Sequence record: SRR31156797_362
DNA length: 64,000 nt
Direction: 5' to 3' (one strand)
Of the stretch, positions 48,516 through 58,047 are shown piece after piece. The notes under the pieces are model-generated. The model ran no database searches. It saw only the letters and a program-made list of their open reading frames with translations, and had not been told where the DNA came from. Position 1 is the first letter of the stretch; each line of letters begins with the position of its first letter. Both the position numbers and the translations under genes were made by a program.

Positions 48516-49439
48516 ATGGTCCAGAAATCCGAAACCATCTGGTTCGACGGTAAACAGGTCCCCTGGGACGAGGCAAATGTTCACGTCCTGACTCACACAC
48601 TTCATTACGGCGCTGGTGTTTTCGAAGGCATCCGTGCGTATGAGTGCGCGGACGGATCTTCAGAAGTCTTTCGACTTGATGAACATATGGTTCGTCTGAT
48701 TAATTCTGCCAAGATATTGGGCATCAAGGTTCCGTATACGGCAGAAGAATTGACCGATGCTGCCATTGATACCCTGAAGCGAAACAAGTTGGCCGGAGCC
48801 TATGTCCGTCCTCTGGTTTTTATTGGTGACGGTGCCATGGGTGTGCATCCCGGCGACAACCCCATTCGTACCATTATCGCAACATGGCCATGGGGTGCGT
48901 ACCTTGGCGATGACGCATTGGTAAATGGTATTGCCGTCAAATGCAGTTCGTTCAATCGTCATCATGTCAATGTCATGATGACCAAATCCAAGGCGTGTGG
49001 TAACTATGTAAACTCCGTACTTGCCAAGACCGAAGCCGTGGCCGACGGTTATCACGAGGCCATTTTACTTGATACCACAGGTCATGTGTCCGAAGGGTCT
49101 GGCGAAAATATTTTTATGGTTGTGGATGACGTTATTTACACTCCGCACTCCGATGGCGTACTGGGCGGCTTGACCCGTAACTCCATCATCTCTTTGGCAA
49201 ACGATCTCGGGTATGAGGTCCGTGAAGAACCTATCACCCGTGACATGCTATACGTGGCCGACGAGGTCTTTTTTACGGGCACTGCGGCTGAACTGACGCC
49301 CATCAGTTCTATTGATCGTCGTCAAATAGGCGAGGGCAAGGCTGGTCCTGTGGCAATGATGCTGCAAACCGAGTACTTCAAGATCGTCAAGGGTGAGAAT
49401 CCGGATTACGAACATTGGCTCCATCGTTATTCTATCTAA
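48516..49439 (+). CDS. ilvE: branched-chain amino acid aminotransferase
   Basis: LHYG.GVFEGIRAY, K..GNY.NS, EG.GENIF, GTAAE.TP; AAGGAG RBS before ATG 48516. Confidence 0.96.
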   Translation: MVQKSETIWFDGKQVPWDEANVHVLTHTLHYGAGVFEGIRAYECADGSSEVFRLDEHMVRLINSAKILGIKVPYTAEELTDAAIDTLKRNKLAGAYVRPLVFIGDGAMGVHPGDNPIRTIIATWPWGAYLGDDALVNGIAVKCSSFNRHHVNVMMTKSKACGNYVNSVLAKTEAVADGYHEAILLDTTGHVSEGSGENIFMVVDDVIYTPHSDGVLGGLTRNSIISLANDLGYEVREEPITRDMLYVADEVFFTGTAAELTPISSIDRRQIGEGKAGPVAMMLQTEYFKIVKGENPDYEHWLHRYSI

Positions 49440-49480
49440 TGAAAGATATACGCGTGTGAAGTGCGTTGTTTTGAAACATA

Positions 49481-49530
49481 GATCAACCTCTTGCGTACAA
49501 TCGAGTACGCGAGGGGTTGATTTTGTTTGT
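49481..49530 (+). terminator. long hairpin, probable terminator after ilvE
   Basis: ATCAACCTCTTGCGTAC-aatcga-GTACGCGAGGGGTTGAT followed by TTTGTTTG. Confidence 0.7.
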
Positions 49531-49711
49531 TCAGGTTTTTGAGAAAACAGAGTAACAAACAAGATTGAAAACTGGGTTGATAGAAAGTCTAGAAAGTCGG
49601 ACCATCATCTGATATTAATGGTGAAATTCGACGCGGAATATCGGGCTTCCCCGTTTTAGTTCTGTTTTATCAGGCATGTATGAATTCCACGTTTAAGCAT
49701 CAGGCATACCA

Positions 49712-51559
49712 ATGAGTACATCGAATCTCACAGCGAAGTATCGTCCCCAGACGTTTGAAGACGTTGCCGGACAAAAAGCAATCAAATCTATTCTTTCCCG
49801 GGCTGCCGCTCAGGACAAGATTGCGCCTGCTTATCTTTTTTCTGGCACTCGCGGGGTGGGTAAAACCACAATCGCTCGCATCTTTGCCAAGGCACTGAAC
49901 TGTGTGAATGCTCCCACCGGGGAGCCGTGTAATGAATGCGCAAATTGTAAGCAGATTACTGCCGGCGTTGCTGTAGACGTTATTGAAATCGATGGCGCAT
50001 CCAATCGTGGTATTGATGATGCTCGCCGGTTGAAAGAAGATATAGGCTATGCGCCGATAGAATGCCGTTACAAAGTCTTTATCATCGATGAGGCGCACAT
50101 GCTTACCAAAGAAGCGTTTAACGCGCTTCTTAAGACGTTGGAAGAGCCGCCGCCGCGAGCGACATTTATTTTGGCGACAACTGAGCATCATAAATTTCCG
50201 GCAACAATTATTAGCCGTTGCCAGCATTATACCTTTAAGATGCTGACTCAGTCCGAACTGGTGAATCACCTTGAAAAAATAATGAATCTGGAAGGGTTGC
50301 AGTTTGAACCCGGCGCATTACAGATCATCGCCAAGCGTGGTGCTGGAAGTGTACGCGACTCCATGTCTTTATTGGGGCAGGCTCTCGCTATGGGTGAAGA
50401 TGTGCTCAAGGAAGAGGATGTACGTGGCTTCCTTGGTCTGGCTGGTCAGGATGTTTTCTTCGGCTTGATGGAGGCCATGCATTCGCGCAACCTTGTTTCA
50501 GTTGGATACGTGCTCCGTCAGGTGCTTGATCAGGGACTTGATCTTGGATTCTTTTTGCGTGAGTTGACCAATTGCTGGCGTAACATGTTTTTACTTAGAC
50601 AGGCCGGTGAAGAGGCATTGCCACTTCTTGGTTTGTCCGGCGAAGAAGCTACCAGTTGGATGGACTGGGCTGGAAAATTTGAACCCGCGCATATTCATGC
50701 GTGCTGGCAGATGACATTGGACGGTCAACGCAAGGTTATGACCAGTCTTGAACCTGCATTGGCTTTGGAACTTTTGTTGTTGAACTTGACCAGTCTTCCC
50801 GAATTGATTCGTCTTGAATCCGTGTCTGCACAGGCTCCGGCTTCAAATACACCACAACGTCCAATGGGTGGTTCTGGTGGAATGCAGGGCGGGCCGGGTG
50901 CTGGGTTCAGACAAGGACAGGGCCAAGGTGGTGCACCTGCTAACGGTCAGCGTTTTTCTCCGCCTCAGGCAGCGCCTTCCATGCAACAATCTCGACCTCA
51001 AGCTCCACAACAAGCACAACAAAGACCCCAGATGCCCCCACGGCAAGCGTCTCCGCAGGCTGCGCCGGCAAGAGCAGCCGAACCTCCGGCTTCTCCTGCA
51101 GCACCAAAGGAGCCTGAGCCAGCGGCGGTGATGCCGTCTGATGCTGCTCCAATAGCTGAAACAGTAACACCGTCGGTGTCGGTTTCAGCTTCGTTATCCG
51201 GTCCCAAAAGTTGGAAAGGCTTTTTGGCGTTTGTGGAAGAACGAAATGGACAAGCCGGTGTTAAGGTAAGCATGTTGCATCTGACAAAGGGAGAGCTTGC
51301 GAACAACGAGCTGGTCGTGACGTGTAGATCCAAAACACTGTGTGGGCAGTTGACGGAAAAGAATACGTTTAATGCGCTTGAATTGTTAACGAAAGAATAT
51401 TTTGATCCAGGGGTTGAGGTTCGGGTTGAAACAGGCAATATTGTCGTGCCCAAATCGGACAAACAACTCATGGAGGATGCCGAAAATAATCCGGCCGTCA
51501 ACAAGATTATTGAAACGTTTGGTGCTCAGATTATTTCGGTAAATGCCCGTAAACAATAA
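49712..51559 (+). CDS. dnaX: DNA polymerase III subunit gamma/tau
   Basis: KYRPQTF, G.RGVGKTT, Zn-binding Cys cluster, IDEAHML, LLKTLEEPP, SRC; P/Q/A-rich linker. Confidence 0.96.
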   Translation: MSTSNLTAKYRPQTFEDVAGQKAIKSILSRAAAQDKIAPAYLFSGTRGVGKTTIARIFAKALNCVNAPTGEPCNECANCKQITAGVAVDVIEIDGASNRGIDDARRLKEDIGYAPIECRYKVFIIDEAHMLTKEAFNALLKTLEEPPPRATFILATTEHHKFPATIISRCQHYTFKMLTQSELVNHLEKIMNLEGLQFEPGALQIIAKRGAGSVRDSMSLLGQALAMGEDVLKEEDVRGFLGLAGQDVFFGLMEAMHSRNLVSVGYVLRQVLDQGLDLGFFLRELTNCWRNMFLLRQAGEEALPLLGLSGEEATSWMDWAGKFEPAHIHACWQMTLDGQRKVMTSLEPALALELLLLNLTSLPELIRLESVSAQAPASNTPQRPMGGSGGMQGGPGAGFRQGQGQGGAPANGQRFSPPQAAPSMQQSRPQAPQQAQQRPQMPPRQASPQAAPARAAEPPASPAAPKEPEPAAVMPSDAAPIAETVTPSVSVSASLSGPKSWKGFLAFVEERNGQAGVKVSMLHLTKGELANNELVVTCRSKTLCGQLTEKNTFNALELLTKEYFDPGVEVRVETGNIVVPKSDKQLMEDAENNPAVNKIIETFGAQIISVNARKQ

Positions 51560-51583
51560 ACGAATACGATTGAGGAGTATATA

Positions 51584-51895
51584 ATGAAAGGTATGAATGA
51601 AATGATCCGTCAGGCCCAGATCATGCAGCGCAAGATGTCTGAGACTCAGGAAGGCCTGAAGAGCAAGATTGTTGAAGCATCCAGCGGTGGAGGCATGGTC
51701 AAGGTCAAGGTCTCCGGTGCACAGGAAGTTGTCGAAGTACTGATCGAAGATTCCGTCATGGAAGCTGGAGATGTCGAAATGCTGCAGGATCTCGTCATGA
51801 CCGCTGCCAATGAAGCGATCAAGAAATCCAAAGAAATGATGGAAGAAGAAATGAAGGGCATAACCGGTGGTATGAATATCCCCGGCATGTTTTAG
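51584..51895 (+). CDS. ybaB: YbaB/EbfC nucleoid-associated protein
   Basis: QAQ.MQ, SGGGMVKV, D.EMLQDL...A.N.A. Confidence 0.93.
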   Translation: MKGMNEMIRQAQIMQRKMSETQEGLKSKIVEASSGGGMVKVKVSGAQEVVEVLIEDSVMEAGDVEMLQDLVMTAANEAIKKSKEMMEEEMKGITGGMNIPGMF

Positions 51896-51903
51896 GAACT
51901 GAT

Positions 51904-52509
51904 TTGCAGAATCTTCCCGGACCACTCAAGGAAGTGGTTGACCAACTCTCCAGTCTGCCTGGTATCGGCCCTAAATCGGCTTTACGTATTGCGTTGACAT
52001 TACTCAAGATGCCAAGGGAAAAGGCTCGGGGAGTGGGGCAGTCTATTGTCGAGCTTCGTGAACGACTCTGTCTTTGTGACGATTGCGCCTGCTTGGCGGA
52101 ATCCAGCCCTTGTTCTATCTGTGCGGATCCATCTCGAGAATCGGTTCAACTGTGTCTCGTGCCGGAATGGGATGCGCTTCTCGCCATGGAAGAAATGGGT
52201 GTTTATCGCGGGAAATATCTTGTCCTCGGCGGCTTGTTGTCGCCGTTGGATGGGGTTGAACCGGGGCATCTTGAGGTGGATAGGCTTCGTCGTCGGTTGG
52301 CGACAGGTGAAATCTCCGAATTGATTCTTGCCCTTGGCGCCACGTTGGACGCTGAAGCGACCGCATCCTATGTGAAAAATCTGGTGGAGTCCGAATTCCC
52401 TGAGGTGTCTGTCAGCCGCTTGGCGCAGGGCATACCCATTGGCGCGGAAGTCAAATTCATGGACAAAGAGACTCTCAAACAGTCTCTCGTTCACCGGCAA
52501 AAAGTTTAG
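51904..52509 (+). CDS. recR: recombination mediator RecR
   Basis: LPGIG.KSA.R, C4 zinc finger, Y.VLGG.LSPLDG, RLA.GIP.G. Confidence 0.95.
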   Translation: MQNLPGPLKEVVDQLSSLPGIGPKSALRIALTLLKMPREKARGVGQSIVELRERLCLCDDCACLAESSPCSICADPSRESVQLCLVPEWDALLAMEEMGVYRGKYLVLGGLLSPLDGVEPGHLEVDRLRRRLATGEISELILALGATLDAEATASYVKNLVESEFPEVSVSRLAQGIPIGAEVKFMDKETLKQSLVHRQKV

Positions 52510-52524
52510 CCGAAAAGAGTGTCC

Positions 52525-54732
52525 ATGAGCGACGATCAACTTTCCTACTTGTCTGGCGCGGAAGTTCAGACAGTCATTTATCATAACAAGGAAAATGGGT
52601 ACACGATCGCCCGTGTCCGTGTGAAAGATGAACCCGGTCAGACGACCATCGTCGGTACTTTGGGTGAACTGGCTGCCGGTGCGTCTTTGGACTTGCACGG
52701 CAAATGGCTTATGCATCCGAAATTCGGTCGTCAATTCGAGGTCTCGACATTTGAACAGACTCGTCCGGCGACAGAGAACGGAGTTATTCGTTTTTTGCAA
52801 TCTTCCATCAAAGGTGTTGGTGAAAAAACCGCCACGAGATTAGTGGAAGAATTCGGCATTGAGGTGTTGGATATTCTGGATGACGACCCGGAAAAACTTC
52901 TCAAAGTGCGTGGAATTTCAAAGAAAAAACTCGTTGATATCATTGAATCTTGGGGAAAACAGCGGGAAATTAAGAACCTGCTTGTATTTTTGCAGACGCA
53001 TAATGTCCCTACGACATTTGCCGGGAAGATTTTTCATCTTTATGGCGCACAGGCCGAGCGCAAGTTGCGAGAAAATCCGTATGATCTAGCCTATGAAATT
53101 CGGGGAGTCGGCTTCCGTACAGCGGACCAGATGGCCATGAAGCTTGGGTTCGATCATGACTGCGCGCAGCGGTTAGAGGCGGCTCTCGCTTACACCATGC
53201 TTACCAGTTGCGAGCGGGGTGGGCATTTGTTTTTACCCAAGCCCAAGTTGCTTGAAGATGTAGCCCGGATGCTCGATACTTCTGATATTGAGAAACTTGA
53301 ACTGGCTCTTTATTCGTTGGAAGAAAAAAAACGGATACGCATTGAAGATTTGTCCGAGCAAAATATTTCCGAAGCTGTGTACCTGATGTATTTCTATCAT
53401 TATGAGAATGAGTCCACGCAACGGTTGTATCAGCTCGTTAGTCATCCCACGCCCGTCAGTCGAAAAAAGATCGATAAGACATTGCCGCGTGTCGAGGAAA
53501 CGCTTGGGTTTACGTTGTCCGACGAACAGCGTGAAGCCGTGTTTGAAGCATGTAGTAATAAGGTTTTCATCATTACCGGCGGTCCTGGTACTGGTAAAAC
53601 AACGATTACCAAGGCGATTATGCTCACTTTGAAAGAACTGGGCCTCAAGATTAAACAGGCGGCTCCGACGGGCAGGGCAGCCAAACGTATGGCCGAGGCG
53701 ACTGGGCATCCCTCCAAGACATTGCACCGACTTTTGCAATATCAACCGGACGGCGGTTTTCATTATTGCGAGGATCAAAAGCTCAAGGCGGACGTGTTGG
53801 TCGTTGATGAAGCGAGCATGGTGGATGCGCAGTTATTTGTGGCGATTCTACGCGCGTTGCCGCATACCTGTCGCTTGATTCTGGTAGGAGATGTCAACCA
53901 GCTTCCCAGTGTCGGGCCGGGAAATATTCTCGGCGATTTGATTGATTCGCACAAAATACCGTGCGCTGTTTTGACTCATATTTTCAGACAGGCGCAAGAA
54001 AGTTTTATCGTTGTTAATGCCCACCGGATTAACAACGGACAGTTTCCGCGTCAGCATCCGTGTCAGGCCCCGGAAGCGGATTTCTACTGGATACCACAGG
54101 AAAATACGCTCAAGGTTCAAAAGCTCATACTCGACAGCGTGTGTGATCGTATCCCCAAACGGTATGGTTTAGACCCGCTTCGAGATATTCAGGTTCTTAC
54201 TCCCATGCACAAGGGAGACGTCGGCACGCAGGCTTTGAATCTTGCCTTGCAGAAACGTTTGAATCCTCCGGGCGGAAAGCGGGAACTTGAACGAAAGTAT
54301 GTGACGTATCGAGAAGGAGATCGTGTCATCCAGCTTAAAAATAATTATGACAAGGAAGTCTTTAATGGCGATCTTGGATGGATTATTGAAGTGGATGAAG
54401 ATTCTCATGAATTGCTTATAGAGTTCGATGGTAATTTTGTGCACATCGAGTCCAGCGAGTTGGATGAACTTGGATTGGCATACGCTGTGAGCGTGCATAA
54501 ATCGCAGGGAAGTGAATATCCCGCCGTGGTGATGCCAATCGTGACCCAGCATTATATGCTATTGCAACGAAATTTGTTGTATACCGGTTTAACGCGGGCG
54601 AGGGAATTGGCTGTGCTTATCGGCTCGGATCGAGCTTTTCAGATTGGATTGAATAATGCCACGGCAGGAAAGCGGCATACCCATCTTGACCATCGGATAC
54701 GGGCTATCTTTTCCGAAAATAGGTTATATTAG
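52525..54732 (+). CDS. recD2: RecD2-family SF1B helicase
   Basis: H.KFG.QF, HhH repeats, TGGPGTGKTT, APTGRAAKR, DEASM, GD..QLPSVG, HKSQGSE, LYTG.TRA. Confidence 0.93.
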   Translation: MSDDQLSYLSGAEVQTVIYHNKENGYTIARVRVKDEPGQTTIVGTLGELAAGASLDLHGKWLMHPKFGRQFEVSTFEQTRPATENGVIRFLQSSIKGVGEKTATRLVEEFGIEVLDILDDDPEKLLKVRGISKKKLVDIIESWGKQREIKNLLVFLQTHNVPTTFAGKIFHLYGAQAERKLRENPYDLAYEIRGVGFRTADQMAMKLGFDHDCAQRLEAALAYTMLTSCERGGHLFLPKPKLLEDVARMLDTSDIEKLELALYSLEEKKRIRIEDLSEQNISEAVYLMYFYHYENESTQRLYQLVSHPTPVSRKKIDKTLPRVEETLGFTLSDEQREAVFEACSNKVFIITGGPGTGKTTITKAIMLTLKELGLKIKQAAPTGRAAKRMAEATGHPSKTLHRLLQYQPDGGFHYCEDQKLKADVLVVDEASMVDAQLFVAILRALPHTCRLILVGDVNQLPSVGPGNILGDLIDSHKIPCAVLTHIFRQAQESFIVVNAHRINNGQFPRQHPCQAPEADFYWIPQENTLKVQKLILDSVCDRIPKRYGLDPLRDIQVLTPMHKGDVGTQALNLALQKRLNPPGGKRELERKYVTYREGDRVIQLKNNYDKEVFNGDLGWIIEVDEDSHELLIEFDGNFVHIESSELDELGLAYAVSVHKSQGSEYPAVVMPIVTQHYMLLQRNLLYTGLTRARELAVLIGSDRAFQIGLNNATAGKRHTHLDHRIRAIFSENRLY

Positions 54733-54804
54733 CATTTGCAACAGTCTTTTCATCAGTTGCAAAACAATTGAAAAAATGGTGGATTATACACTGGTTTTTT
54801 CATT

Positions 54805-54823
54805 CACAATGATTATCATTGTG
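54805..54823. promoter_or_regulatory. Fur-box-like palindrome upstream of ferritin
   Basis: Perfect 9-1-9 repeat CACAATGAT-T-ATCATTGTG; its core AATGATTATCATT matches the Fur consensus core. Confidence 0.7.
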
Positions 54824-54899
54824 TCTTGCGTACGTGACGGGCGACGAATGATTACACGCTCGGAATCAAGATGATAACAAAGCCAAGGAGACGTAAGTT

Positions 54900-55406
54900 A
54901 TGCTCAGCGAAAAAATGGAAGATGCGCTTAACGCGCAGATGAATTGGGAAATTTACTCCGCTCACATCTATCTTTCTATGTCTTCCCATTTTTCACAGGT
55001 GGGAATGTCCGGTATTTCAAAATGGATGTACGCGCAGTATCAGGAAGAAATGTTTCATGCCATGAAGTTCTTTGATTATATCAACGAAGCTGGCGGACAT
55101 GCCAAACTCGGCACCATTGAAGCTCCTGAATATTCGTGGGAATCCCCATTGGCGGCTTTTGAGGAAGCTTTGAGTCATGAGCAGGGTGTTACTGCTCGGA
55201 TTAATGATCTGGCCAATCTGGCTGTTGAAGAAAAGAATCACGCTGTGGGCATCTTCTTGCAATGGTTTATCGCTGAACAGGTGGAAGAAGAAGACACTGT
55301 GGGCGACATCGTCGGCAAAATGAAAATGGTCGGTGACGGCGGCGGACTGTTTATGCTGGATCGAGACTTGGCCACCCGGGTTTTCACACCTCCGGCAAAT
55401 GCGTAG
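54900..55406 (+). CDS. ftnA: non-heme ferritin
   Basis: LN.Q.N.E.YS...YL.M, EE..HA.K, HE..VT..I, FLQWF..EQVEEE. Confidence 0.94.
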   Translation: MLSEKMEDALNAQMNWEIYSAHIYLSMSSHFSQVGMSGISKWMYAQYQEEMFHAMKFFDYINEAGGHAKLGTIEAPEYSWESPLAAFEEALSHEQGVTARINDLANLAVEEKNHAVGIFLQWFIAEQVEEEDTVGDIVGKMKMVGDGGGLFMLDRDLATRVFTPPANA

Positions 55407-55422
55407 AACTTAAGTCTAATGT

Positions 55423-55454
55423 GCCGGAAGGGATTTGCCCCTTCCGGTTTTTTT
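55423..55454 (+). terminator. intrinsic terminator after ferritin
   Basis: CCGGAAGGG-atttgc-CCCTTCCGG followed by a run of 7 T. Confidence 0.8.
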
Positions 55455-55476
55455 CGGTCTCAGCCACGAGGAAATT

Positions 55477-57174
55477 ATGGCAGACACAAGTATCAATATC
55501 GTTATCGGCGGCGCGGCAGGGCAGGGATTGGCTACCATAGGTCGTCTTTTGTCCAAGGGCGTCACTCGGTCCGGCTACCATTTGTTGGTCAATCAGAAAT
55601 ACATGTCACGAGTGCGAGGAGGGCATAACACTTTTGCCATTCGGCTTGGCCCAGACCCCATTGTCGGCCCCACCGAGGCCATTGATATTTTGGTGGCCCT
55701 CAATGCCGAGACCTTGGAGCTTCATCAAGCAAGACTTAATCCTGATGCAATAGTTGTTGCTGGTGATGATATTGATACAGAAGGTTTTAACGCCTTGCGT
55801 ATTCCTTTCAAAGAATTGGCGTCCAAGCCGTTGTTCTACAATACGGTGGCTCTCGGTGTGCTTGGTGCGGTCGTATGTCATGACATTAAGATTTTGGAAC
55901 AACTCCTTTCTGAAGCATTTGCCAAGAAAGGCGATGAAGTTGTGCAGGCAAATATTGATGTACTTCAAGCTGCATACACTTGGGTGGCATCGCAAAAGTG
56001 CGATTTTCCATGTCTTGCGCCACCCGAAAAAAATGGCAAGCAAATTATGGTCAATGGCAACGAAGCTATTGCACTTGGAGCCTTGGCCGCTGGGTGTAAC
56101 TTCTTGTCATTTTACCCAATGACGCCTGCTACGACGGTTGCCATGTCACTCATCGAGAAGGGCGGCCCACTAGGTTTGATGTATGAGCAGGTCGAAGATG
56201 AGATCGCGGCTGTCAACATGGCTATCGGAGCATCTTTTACCGGAGCCAAAGCCATAGTCACTACTTCGGGCGGCGGGTTTGCGCTTATGGTTGAAGGTGT
56301 GAGCCTGGCTGGTGTCTCTGAAACTCCATTGGTTTGTGTCGTGGTACAGCGCCCCGGACCAGCAACAGGCATGGCGACTCGGACCGAGCAGGGAGACCTC
56401 AATCTGGTGCTTTATGCCGGGCACGGAGAATTTCCACGAGCCGTGTTTGCTCCGGCAGACCCGGAAGAATGCTTTTATTTGACACATAGGGCTTTTGATT
56501 TGGCCGAGCAGTTTCAGACGCCGGTTTTTATATTATCCGATCAATATATGGCGGATTCCTATCGTTCTCTAGAGCCTTTTGACATTGAAAATTTATCGCA
56601 AACTGCTCGCCCGATGCTTGATGTCGATGAAAGTGATTACAAGCGGTATCAATTGACAGAAGATGGTGTGTCGCCCCGATTGGTGCCGGGTTCCACCAAA
56701 GCGTTGGTGCGGGCTGATTCCCATGAACACGATGAGAATACGATAATCACCGAGGATGGCCTCAATCGAATGATGCAAAACACCAAGCGGTTGAACAAAG
56801 AATACCGTCTTTGGGATGAAGTGATTGAGCCCGATTATTATGGAGAAGATAAGCCGGATATTTTGCTTGTTTCATGGGGCTCCACCCTTGGAGCGTGTCT
56901 GGACGCCATGGATACAGCGGACTTTGGCAAGAGCATTGGTGTGTTGCATTTCAAACAGGTCTGGCCGCTTCTTGAAGATACTTTCATCGATTATCTTGAA
57001 GAATCTGGCATGGTCATCACAGTGGAAGGCAATGCTACTGGTCAGTTTGCCAAACTTATCGCTCAGGAAACCGGATTCATGATTCGGGAGTACATTTTAC
57101 GTTTTGACGGACGGCCCATGACCCCCGAGTATGTACTTGCCGGTTTGGACAACATTATCAAGACCATGGAGTAG
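55477..57174 (+). CDS. 2-oxoacid:acceptor oxidoreductase alpha subunit (fused gamma-alpha)
   Basis: GG.AGQG, SRVRGGHN, GNEA.ALGA, YPMTP, EDEIAA, QRPGPATG..TRTEQ.DL. Confidence 0.92.
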   Translation: MADTSINIVIGGAAGQGLATIGRLLSKGVTRSGYHLLVNQKYMSRVRGGHNTFAIRLGPDPIVGPTEAIDILVALNAETLELHQARLNPDAIVVAGDDIDTEGFNALRIPFKELASKPLFYNTVALGVLGAVVCHDIKILEQLLSEAFAKKGDEVVQANIDVLQAAYTWVASQKCDFPCLAPPEKNGKQIMVNGNEAIALGALAAGCNFLSFYPMTPATTVAMSLIEKGGPLGLMYEQVEDEIAAVNMAIGASFTGAKAIVTTSGGGFALMVEGVSLAGVSETPLVCVVVQRPGPATGMATRTEQGDLNLVLYAGHGEFPRAVFAPADPEECFYLTHRAFDLAEQFQTPVFILSDQYMADSYRSLEPFDIENLSQTARPMLDVDESDYKRYQLTEDGVSPRLVPGSTKALVRADSHEHDENTIITEDGLNRMMQNTKRLNKEYRLWDEVIEPDYYGEDKPDILLVSWGSTLGACLDAMDTADFGKSIGVLHFKQVWPLLEDTFIDYLEESGMVITVEGNATGQFAKLIAQETGFMIREYILRFDGRPMTPEYVLAGLDNIIKTME

Positions 57175-57178
57175 GGAT

Positions 57179-58009
57179 ATGGTTTCCATCGAAGATTACG
57201 GTCAATTCGAAACAACATGGTGCCCTGGCTGCGGTAATTTTGCCATCCTTTCGAGCTTGAAAAAAGCTTTGGCTGGTATGGATATCGCTCCTCACGAGGT
57301 GATGATTTCCTCTGGTATTGGGCAAGCCGCCAAGATGCCTCATTATCTGAACTGTCACATGTTCAATGGTCTGCATGGTCGGTCTTTGCCAGTGGCGCAG
57401 GGCATGAAAATGGCGAATCCCGAGATGAACGTCATTTGCGTTTCGGGCGACGGTTGTACCTACGGTGAAGGGGGCAATCATTTCCTCGCAGCTATCCGGC
57501 GTAATCTGGATATCACTATGTTGGTGCATAACAATCAGATTTATGGTTTGACCAAAGGACAAGCTAGCCCGACAACTGGGCGCGGCCATGTAACCAAAGC
57601 ACAACCTAACGGCGCGCAGTCAGAAGCTTTCAACCCGGTGAGTACCGCCGTGTCAATGAAGGCCAACTTTGTGGCGCGGGCTTTTTCTGGTGAGCCTGAT
57701 CACTTGGCTGCCGTCATCACCGAAGCTGTTAATTACACAGGTTTTTCTTTGGTTGATATTTTGCAACCATGTGTTTCCTTTAATAAAATCAATACATTTT
57801 CGTGGTATAAGGAACGAACGTATTTTTTGGAAGATCATGATCCTACCAATTGGGGAGCGGCCATGGAAAAGAGCGATGAATTTGGCGAACGTATCCCGCT
57901 GGGAGTGTTGTATCAAAATGATCGGCCCACATTTTCCGTTCAGGGCAGGCTTGCTGTCCATGAGTATGACAGAAACGACTTGAAAGCGGTGGTACAGTCG
58001 TATACCTAG
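57179..58009 (+). CDS. 2-oxoacid:acceptor oxidoreductase beta subunit (TPP-binding)
   Basis: WCPGCG, LHGR.LP.A.G, GDG...EGGNH, NN.IYGLTKGQ.SPT, QPCV.FN. Confidence 0.92.
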   Translation: MVSIEDYGQFETTWCPGCGNFAILSSLKKALAGMDIAPHEVMISSGIGQAAKMPHYLNCHMFNGLHGRSLPVAQGMKMANPEMNVICVSGDGCTYGEGGNHFLAAIRRNLDITMLVHNNQIYGLTKGQASPTTGRGHVTKAQPNGAQSEAFNPVSTAVSMKANFVARAFSGEPDHLAAVITEAVNYTGFSLVDILQPCVSFNKINTFSWYKERTYFLEDHDPTNWGAAMEKSDEFGERIPLGVLYQNDRPTFSVQGRLAVHEYDRNDLKAVVQSYT

Positions 58010-58047
58010 TCACCGTTCCGCATATTTTCATTTTTAACGAGGTATCA

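Noticed and set aside
49440..49711. SRP RNA (ffs), which often lies upstream of dnaX
   Set aside because: No helix-8 motif of the CAGG...GGAA...AGCAG type was found on either strand.
49712..51559. Programmed -1 frameshift in dnaX producing a gamma subunit
   Set aside because: I did not see an A-AAA-AAG slippery site with a downstream hairpin or a long A-run near the domain III/linker boundary.
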